Source of the DNA: Octopus vulgaris
Lineage: Eukaryota
Assembly (NCBI GenBank): GCA_951406725.2
Contig: OX597819.1
Coordinates: 39,742,001-39,806,000 of the forward strand
Direction of reading: 5' to 3'
Length of the DNA stretch: 64,000 bases
Part shown: piece after piece, positions 54,163 through 64,000 of the stretch
Numbering within the stretch: position 1 is the first letter of the stretch
Layout: the number at the start of each line of letters is the position of its first letter
The notes under the pieces: model-generated
What the model was told of the DNA's origin: nothing
Database searches by the model: none
The model's input: only the letters and a program-made list of their open reading frames with translations
Translations under genes and position numbers: made by a program

Positions 54163-54558
54163 CATAGAACCCTATGTAATGAGTACCAAACTGAAATAAA
54201 CGCTTGAAGAAGATGCCTTAGCATGGCCGAAATCCAATAACGGAAACCAATAAAAGATAGTTACTGAATTCTACTCCGATGCTCTACCAATTCTCACAAT
54301 AACAATTATTGAGTCAGTATCAGCAGAAACGTGTTGAATGTATAAACTACAGTCTACACAGTAATATAAATAAATACATCTATGTCCATCAATTGTGTGG
54401 AAATGCAAGCAATTTTCTTCACAGGCAGTAAAGGACAATTTTTGGTTAGAGACTCATCTTTCCCTTCGTCTCTTTCTCTCACAAACAAGCACACAAACAC
54501 GGCGTTTCTATACATTTCCCCATGTCTATCTCACTGCTAGTTACATATATGCATACAC

Positions 54559-54594
<36 letters not shown>

Positions 54595-54855
54595 ACGCTT
54601 GCATGAGCGCGAACACACACTCATATGCAAAGGCTGAAAATGGCAACAGAACGGTGAAGAAGGAAAGCCGACAAGAAAAATAAATAATGATAAATAAATA
54701 AATAAAAATGTGTCATGTGATTGATCGAAGAACAGATATAGTTCTGGGCAATTGGTGGGTTGCAACAACGGTGGGTTGTGTGTATGTATGTATGTATGTA
54801 TGTATATGTATGCATGTATATACATTAATACACGCAAACACACACACACACGCGC

Positions 54856-54899
<44 letters not shown>

Positions 54900-55109
54900 A
54901 TAAGATATACAGATATACATATATATACATGTATGCATGTATATATGTAAGTGCACGTGTGTATGTATATATTTATATAGTCATATGTGCACGTATGTTT
55001 ATATTTATTTATGTATGTATGTATGTATGTAAATTGTACATACATACATATATATATATATATGTATGTATGTATATGTTTTACATACATACATATATAT
55101 ATATGTATG

Positions 55110-55195
<86 letters not shown>

Positions 55196-55520
55196 CACGT
55201 TTTCGTTGTTATTCTTCGATGTCGCGCTTAGGCCCACTCCAGTTGAAGCTGATCAAGAATTATCAAGCAGAATAATCTACCTGTGACCATCTTCTCTATT
55301 TATGAACCCTAGTTGCCAATGCGTTCTGTCCTTATTTAAGGCTGAAAAGAGAAGGTTGAAAGAAATTTAACTGCTATTATTATTAGGTCGAGCAATGGTA
55401 TAGAGTTTCTCTCATTGTTTTTGTTAAACTTCAAATCTGCTTCGATTCAACGGATTTCTTATCAAAGGCATTCTGGCTGCGATCAGGTCATCTTTCCAGA
55501 CAATGCATACGAGACCACAT

Positions 55521-55667
55521 CACTGATGGGAAAATTGCGGCCCGCAGTACTTTTTGAATGGCACGCCTAACGAAAAACTATCTTGAATTCTTTTTAGTTG
55601 TGCAGTTCGCCCTATGATTAGTTATGTCACTTGCGGCCCTCCTCAAAAGAGATGTTGCCCATGCCTG
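55521..55667. mobile_element. Degenerate hAT/Charlie-like MITE
   Basis: The ends cactgatgggaaaattgcggcccgc and tgcggccctc...gttgcccatgcctg resemble Charlie-type termini and subterminal GCGGCCC motifs. Confidence 0.55.
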
Positions 55668-56763
55668 GATACAATACCCAGTACGTTCCTGCTTTATTTA
55701 GAGGGTCGTATGCAGGGGCCCACGCAGCTATTGCCCGTTTAATCTCTTAGGAGGTCTTCGAAGTTGTTATTTTCTCATATAACGTGATCAACTGTAGAGT
55801 AAGAATTTAAAAACAGCGTTCTGTTGTTTCTTCAAGAATACATGTTCATTCCTAATTTCTTCCAGGTGGCCTCTGCCCTAACTCTAGCCCTAATCTTAAC
55901 CATTATTCCAAGCTCTTTAAAATTTCATTTTCATAGTGTCCCAAATGTGTAACAGCCTTAGCGTTTGAACTAAGGACCGACATTCTTTCTTCGAAAACCT
56001 AAGTTCTGTTCTAATTTTAAACAGGTAGGCCGATATAAACTGTCGCTCCACAACAACAGATATGAAGCTGACTGTGTATTTTGGGGTATAATATTTGCAA
56101 ACTTCTCATCACTGTTTCATAGATGTTTTCTTTCTTTGTATTTTTTTTCACCACATTCACCGAAAGTGGGCAGCATGATTTCATTTTGTGAATCCAAACA
56201 ACAATATCAGATTGATTGTGTTTAAATTTTGGCTATTGTTTTTCATTTTTTTGGTTCTGCCAATAAGACGCATTTATTACATTTCGGCCTTTCTCTAAGA
56301 AGGTTTACTGGCAGAATGCTTAGCGGCATTTCTTCTGGCCTTAAGCTCTGAGCTGAAATTCGCCTTCACTCTCCATCCCTTCAGGATCCATAAAATAAAG
56401 CACCAATCAAGTACTGGGATCAATGTAATCGACTAACCTCGACATTTAAAACTGCTTTTCTTGTGTCAAAATTTGAAAGAGATTTTGGCCTCTCTTTTCT
56501 TCAAATCATTTTACCGTTCTGCTTAAAAACTGTACCAATGGTTACAGCTATAAATACGAATATGTCTCCTAAATAGGGAAACTAAAACTTTGAAGCATTT
56601 ATTCATAATTACTGGTTTTTCGTCCTTTTAGTCATTCACTTGTTTCTATCATAAGATTGCGTCCATGCTGGAGCGCATATTCTAAGGTTAGTCATTCGAA
56701 CAAATTGACCCCAATAGATAATTTCCAGTAATTATTGTCCGGAAATTATTCTAACGGCATATG

Positions 56764-56807
<44 letters not shown>

Positions 56808-57321
56808 CTTGTGTATGTATGTATGTATGTGTATGTATATATATATATATATATACATACATACATATATGCAGAGTTCATACATATGTACGTATGTATG
56901 CATGCATGTATGTATGTATGTATGCAGGTATGTATGTATGTTTCTACGTATGTATGTAAGTATATATGTATGTATGTATGTTTATATGTATATATGTATG
57001 CAGGTATGTGTGTATGTTTGTACGTATGTATGTATGTATGCATGCATGTATGTATGTATGTATGTATGTATGTATGTATGTATGTATAGCCGTGAACGTA
57101 TATAAACATAGCTACTTTAAGTAAACATCTATTTCAGCCTGCTGATAAAACGAATATACGTTTATTATTTTCTTTCTGAGGTTTGTTTTGTACATGTATC
57201 TTATCTAGTAAAAAGATAAGTGTGTCCAGCCTAAAAATATATATGTATTATATACAATTACGTACCCCTTGGTTTGCTTTCAGGTCATTCCGTTAACGTC
57301 ATGCATGTATATATGTATACA

Positions 57322-57420
<99 letters not shown>

Positions 57421-57427
57421 ACAGACA

Positions 57428-57623
57428 GTGCTGAAGGATTTCTGGAATTAAGGGTGTCGAGAATGGCCTGGCTGGAAGCCCAACGTTCTAAGTATTTTTG
57501 AAGGGCTTAGAAAAATTGAAGGACTACTGCAATAAATGTGGAAATCTGAGAGGGGGATATGTTGAATAAAATCATAATCAACTGATCCTACTGTATTTTC
57601 ATTTACCCAAAGCCAAGAACTTT
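57428..57623. mobile_element. Mariner-like MITE with its right end truncated at the large inversion
   Basis: Aligns with 47867-48083. The right TIR is replaced by the tandem aaggataccctta x2. Confidence 0.7.
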
Positions 57624-57647
57624 AAGGATACCCTTAAAGGATACCCT

Positions 57648-57992
57648 TAACGAGGGGGCAGCCACCATATATCTACGTACTATGTATGTATGTATGTATG
57701 TATGTATGTATGTATGTATGTATGTATGTATGTATGGGTGTATGTGTGCATGTATGAGTATCTAAGGAGATTGATAGAGTTTAGACATACACGGATGCGG
57801 ACACGTGTATGAGAATGTGTACATGTGCATATATGTAACTACTTGTGCTTTTCTTTGTCACGATGTTCCTTCCCCTGTCTCTCATACACTCTCTCACACA
57901 CACACATAAATAAACACACTTTATATGTGTGTATGAGTGAGGGGACGTATCTCTCTCCCTCTTTCTTTCTTTCTCTATGTATGTCTATATAT

Positions 57993-58078
<86 letters not shown>

Positions 58079-58406
58079 TACATATATACAGACACACACA
58101 TACGTATATATATATATATACACACATATATATGTTTGTGCGTGTGTTTGTGTGTTTGTGTGTATATATATGTACAAGCACACACACACATATATGTGTG
58201 TGTTTATGTGTGTGTGCATGTACATACGTACGTACATACATACATACATACATACATACACACATACGTACATATGTGTAAACACACACATATATGTGTG
58301 TGTGTGCTTGTACATATATATACACACACAAACACACAAACACACGCACAAACATATATATGTGTGTATATATATATATACGTATGTGTGTGTCTGTATA
58401 TATGTA

Positions 58407-58438
<32 letters not shown>

Positions 58439-58826
58439 CCTTTATATATATATATATATGTATATATAGACATACATAGAGAAAGAAAGAAAGAAAGAGA
58501 GAGAGAGATACGTCCCCTCACTCATACACACATATAAAGTGTGTTTATTTATGTGTGTGTGTGAGAGAGTGTATGAGAGACAGGGGAAGGAACATCGTGA
58601 CAAAGAAAAGCACAAGTAGTTACATATATGCACATGTACACATTCTCATACACGTGTCCGCATCCGTGTATGTCTAAACTCTATCAATCTCCTTAGATAC
58701 TCATACATGCACACATACACCCATACATACATACATACATACATACATACATACATACATACATACATACATACATACATACATACATACATAGTACGTA
58801 GATATATGGTGGCTGCCCCCTCGTTA
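57648..58826. repeat. Near-perfect ~560-bp-arm inverted duplication (spacer ~58207-58278)
   Basis: Unique anchors are identical in reverse complement (taacgagggggcagccaccatatatctacgtac; tctaaggagattgatagagtttagacatacacggatgcggacacg; tcacgatgttccttcccctgtctc). Differences lie mainly in microsatellite length. Confidence 0.95.
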
Positions 58827-59352
58827 TCGAGTATGACCATTGTACGAAGCTTAATCAATGTTGTTATCATGCAATGCCTGTGCAAGAAGATTTTTTTTAA
58901 AGTGAGGAAAGGCTGTGCACTGAGTCAATCCCACTCACTAAGCAACAGCAGCCATAATCCGAAAAGAAGAACAAGTCAACATCATCGGTAACCACTGAGC
59001 CGCAGGTTTTATGTCGGAGTTATCCCAGTTACCTGAGTTATCTTCTCCTAAAAGGATGCCCTAACAAAGGCTAGGAGTCCTTCACTCCCAATGGTTTAAC
59101 CGCGCGATCGGGTATTCAGTCCGATTATTTCTATGTCCCCGCGCATGATACAGCCTTAAGATATTTATTGGATGACCGTTGACTCTCAAGAGTTACTCCG
59201 CCCTTTGACGGGTTTTGCTTTTCATCCGGCAGGGTGTCCAATAAACATCCTCCTCAAGCTTGGTGAGGTTGCCGGTTTAGTCGCCGACGACCCGACCATG
59301 CAACAGGTTGTACTGGGTTACATGTCACCAGTAGCACTCGAAAGTGACCTGA
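58805..59352 (-). mobile_element. Probable RTE-related non-autonomous retroposon or 5'-UTR-derived element
   Basis: A GC-richer non-coding block. The minus-strand cctagcctttgttagggcatccttttaggagaagataactc resembles motifs in RTE 5' regions; this assignment is by recollection only. Confidence 0.4.
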
Positions 59353-59810
59353 CATGTACGTAGATATACAGAGACATAAATACATACATATATGGATACA
59401 TACGCACATACTTTTGTACAGGTACACACATACATACATAAACGTTCGCATACGAATTAAGGAGAGGCTCCCTCACAGTAAAACGATCTGTTATATTAAA
59501 ACCCAGTCTTTCTTAAATTACACAATATCTCAATTAAAAATAAGGACGAACACTTTGGATAATGTGACCCTCGATACATTGTGCAATAAAAACCGGATGG
59601 ATTCAGCTTAGACGTCGTTGATTGTAAGTTTATAACAACCAGGATTGAAAGAAGACAAAGTAGGAACAGCATACCTTCATACACCCACTTATATACACAT
59701 ACACAGGTGTACCCTGACTCTCGCAAGCACACAGTCTTTCATACCACATATATTCTCTCCCTTTCTCTCTTTTTTTTCTTCCTCTTTCTCGCTCCTTCTG
59801 CTTATTTCTC

Positions 59811-59842
<32 letters not shown>

Positions 59843-59952
59843 AATTAAATAATGAGGGTAGAAATTGATATCAATCGATTAACATCAATTTCAACCAATG
59901 GTCTAGTATATTAAGAAAAAAAAATCCGAAGATTTAAAAATATTATTAATTG

Positions 59953-60018
<66 letters not shown>

Positions 60019-61201
60019 ACTGTATCATTCTCTCATATACAGACACAGTCCTTCACATACGAATACCAGGCATTCTCTCCCTTTCTATGCCATACACACA
60101 GACATATAATCTTTCTCACAGTGAGAGTGGGGGGGGGAGAACACAGACGCATATACATACATACATACATACATACATACATACATACATACATACATAC
60201 ATACATACATACATACATACAAACGTACATACATATTCACAAACACACTCACAACCAAACTGTATTAACAAGACCGAGCACACTTTACGACAGTTAAACG
60301 TTCAGTCAATAGACATCTTCCTCACCTTCCATCATCTGCAGTGACTAACCAATGACAAAGCTGCAATACAGTGGTTGGAAATGTTTGAAATAGCAGCGAA
60401 ATCTCCCTAGAATTACACCCTTCCGTCTTAAAAATGAGTTGGATAATAGGGTCCAGGTTTTATATATACAAAGCAAAAGACGTGATTGTTCAGCAGGGAC
60501 GGAATTTCGGTGGCTATTACAGGTCTGCATAACTTAAACTGACCTACAACTACAATAGTGCAATACTGAAAGCCAAAGAGATCGACCGTACGGCTGTCCA
60601 TCATGCTAAAAATAGCTGTCAAATCTCTTTTTTCTAATTATACCTTAATTTCTTGAGAGAAAATAAAATGTGAAGGAAGATATGAAGAACGGAGAGGAAT
60701 AGTTCCTCTGTCTGATAACAGAAATGATGGTTACGGCTTGAGTATCTATGATCATAGGTTTCATATTTCAGGGCTGTTCTGGAGCCAAACAACGGCAACA
60801 ACCATAATTTCATCATCATCATCAACATCATCATCAACAACAACAACAACAGCAACAACAACAACACAACAACACCAACAACAACAATAACGATAAATCC
60901 GACGACCAGAAGACGAGTTTACAACACTGTAACTCGTCTTGTCAGTCACTCGTATCTTTGCTCATCAACACACACACACACACAAACACTCGCCTTCATA
61001 AGAGCGGCGATTGTTGTCAGCAGCCGTAAGTGGGCGTGGCATTGACTACAGACGAATCAAGCAGCAGCATAGCCTGGTGATTATTTCACTTTCAAAGCCT
61101 AATGCACACACACACAGACACACATATACATGCATAATGCATACATAAATGTGTGTGTGTGTGTGTTTATAATTTACATATGTATTTCTATATGTATATA
61201 C

Positions 61202-61262
<61 letters not shown>

Positions 61263-61504
61263 TGCGCCTTTATATCTATGTAAGAGTCTTTTTTTGTCTG
61301 TGTTTGTTTCCTAACACCAATTCACAACCGGTGTTAGTGTGTTTACGTTTCTGTAACTCTCTGGTTTAGCTCAGAGAACGATGGAATAAGCACGAGGTGT
61401 GAAACAATAAACACTGGTGCCGATTCCTTCGTCTAAAATTCTTCAAGGCTGCAGGCAAGTGACTGGAACAAGTAAAAGACAAGAGATATATATATATATG
61501 TGTG

Positions 61505-61559
<55 letters not shown>

Positions 61560-61656
61560 TTATATGTATGTATATATATATATATATTTATATATGTATG
61601 TATATATATACATATAAATACATACATATATATATATATATATACATCTATCTACC

Positions 61657-61687
<31 letters not shown>

Positions 61688-61688
<1 letters not shown>

Positions 61689-61868
61689 GGGAGAATTCAC
61701 AAAGAAAAAAAACAAAAGACGAAGGCAGTTGGTGTAGACAACAAACAGATGCATTAGTTTAACGCTCGGGAAGTGGAAAAGTCTTTAATGTTTCGAGCCT
61801 GCGCTCTTCCACAGAAAGGAACACAGAAAGAAACAAGGAGAGAAAATAAAGTGTGTGTAGTGGCTAGG
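61688..61868 (-). mobile_element. Short Penelope-like element with hammerhead-like motif, family H1
   Basis: Minus strand 61783-61818 reads CTTT-CTGTGGA-A-GAGC gcag GCTC-GAAAC-ATT-AAAG. Confidence 0.7.
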
Positions 61869-62160
61869 GGCTACTGTTGGTCTGCGCCTGCAAAACTTAC
61901 AATCATCAGGGAAAAGTTGAAAGGAGAGGAATTAATATAATATGATGTATAAGAGTGGGTGCAAACCAGAGAATGCCTAGGTGGTTACTCGGCAACTACA
62001 AATAACGGCAAGTTCTTTTCATCACTACTTTCACCAAAACCATTGAATCACACCCTACGGTCTTTCCTTCAATAAAAATGGATTGGATATGATCAATTCT
62101 GAAACCTCTTGATCTTGATAATTCATGGTTCTACTCCATCAAGCTGACCTGGGGCCTGAA

Positions 62161-62208
<48 letters not shown>

Positions 62209-62303
62209 AAAATGTATCCACACTGCAAGTGTAGTAATATTCTGCTCCACAATTGTTTCACGTTTCAGTAAGTGTCTGCTTATGATCATCCAAGTATACA
62301 TAC

Positions 62304-62376
<73 letters not shown>

Positions 62377-62473
62377 GAGAAACATATATATATATATGTA
62401 TATATGTATATATGTATATATGTATATATGTATATATATATATATATGTATGTGTATATATATATATATATAT

Positions 62474-62542
<69 letters not shown>

Positions 62543-62580
62543 CACAACACATAGATATTGTATATATGTATGTGTATATA

Positions 62581-62616
<36 letters not shown>

Positions 62617-62647
62617 TGTATGTATGTATGTATGTATGTATGTACAA

Positions 62648-62780
62648 TCACATGGTTCCGGGTTTGGTTCCACTGTGTGACACTTTGGGCAAGTGTCAAT
62701 TACTATAGCCTCGGCCCAACCAAACCCTTGCGAGTGTATATGGTTCGGAAAAGTGACAGAAGTCGTCGTATATACTGTAA

Positions 62781-62838
<58 letters not shown>

Positions 62839-63040
62839 GCATGCATGTATGCATGTGTATATATATATACATTTGTGTGTATGTCTTAATATCTGTGTTT
62901 GTCGATGTTGTGTTTACATCCATGTAACTTACCATTCCAGGATTTTGACAAAAATAAGTAATAGGAACGATTTCTACCACTAGAAATTCTTGAAGGCAGT
63001 GCTCCAGAATGCCTGCAGTCTAACGACTGAAACAAATAAA
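62648..63040 (+). mobile_element. Degenerate SINE family 1 with an internal (TA)n
   Basis: cacatggttccgggtttggttccactgtgtgacactttgggcaagtg ... ggcagtgctccagaatgcctgcagtc. Confidence 0.7.
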
Positions 63041-63368
63041 GGATTACACACGCACATATTGTTTGTCAGCTATGATACACACACCTAGTCTCGCACGCAT
63101 ACACACGCACGCACACATGCACACACGCACAAAAAGAAAAAAGCACACGCATACTCCAATAACTCACTGTGTATTTTTAACTCAGAATAGTCACAATCTC
63201 TATTTTTATGGTATTTGTAAGAGAAGGCTTGGCGGTTAATTAACAGGAGTAATTAGAATGAATATGGTGCAACCGCAACTAAATCCTATTTATAAAAATG
63301 GGAACGAAAATAAAAACAAGAACTAAATCAAAAACAACATTTATTTATTTATGTATTTATTTATTTAA

Positions 63369-63412
<44 letters not shown>

Positions 63413-63419
63413 CATTATT

Positions 63420-63547
<128 letters not shown>

Positions 63548-63589
63548 TATTATTATTATTATCATTATTATTATTATTATTATTAGTTA

Positions 63590-63990
63590 GGGGTTATGCT
63601 GGCAGAGCCGTTAGCACGCTGGCAAAATGCTTGGCGGCATTTCGTTCTTTCTTACGTTGAGCACGAATTCAGCGAAGATCGATTTTGCCTTTCATCCTTT
63701 CGTGGATCGATGAAATAAGTACCAATTAAACACTGGGGTTGATGTAATCGACAAACTGTCAAGCCTTGTGCCTATAGTAGAAAAGATCATCGTCATCGTA
63801 ATTATTAAAAGCGGGGCAAAATACTTCGCGACACTTCGTTTGTCTTTATGTTCTGAATTTAAATTCCGTCGAGGTCGACTTTGCCTTTTATCGTTTCGAG
63901 GTTAATAAAATGAGTACCAGTTGAACACTGGGGTCAATGTAATCAACTTATCCCTTACCCCGAACTTGCTGGCCATCTGCCAAAATTTTA
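63590..63990 (+). mobile_element. Two tandem degenerate family-2 SINEs following (ATT/ATC)n
   Basis: gctggcagagccgttagcacg...ttttgcctttcatcctttcg...aagtacc, then ttccgtcgaggtcgactttgcc...gagtaccag. Confidence 0.75.
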
Positions 63991-64000
63991 TCGTCATTAT

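Noticed and set aside
59200-59352. HDV-like ribozyme at the 5' end of the RTE-related element
   Set aside because: I could not assign a nested double pseudoknot by eye; it would need a descriptor search.

Overview
This is eukaryotic, AT-rich DNA saturated with microsatellites. Its SINE/LINE repertoire and SSR density look like an octopod (coleoid cephalopod) genome; this is inferred, not searched. Only one host exon is supportable: a 167-bp minus-strand exon (256-422, AG/GT bounded) encoding the bHLH domain of an NPAS4/dysfusion-type bHLH-PAS factor. The other ~63 kb is its first intron and/or upstream region, and nearly every ORF in the track is microsatellite read-through. The space is filled with three tRNA-headed SINE families, CR1/L2-, RTE- and R4/Dong-like LINE fragments, mariner- and hAT-like MITEs, and two Merlin-like MITEs with 8-bp TSDs and internal (CCCTAA)n. 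The most striking signal is a dispersed set of minimal type-I hammerhead-ribozyme-like motifs of the kind carried by Penelope-like elements. Their catalytic cores co-vary at the tertiary 3-8 pair (C3-G8, G3-C8, U3-A8), one family has an A6U core in all three copies, and several sit at the centre of, or inside, long fold-back inverted repeats. There are also at least nine long inverted repeats (arms ~60-560 bp) and a two-copy multi-stem element with compensatory changes.
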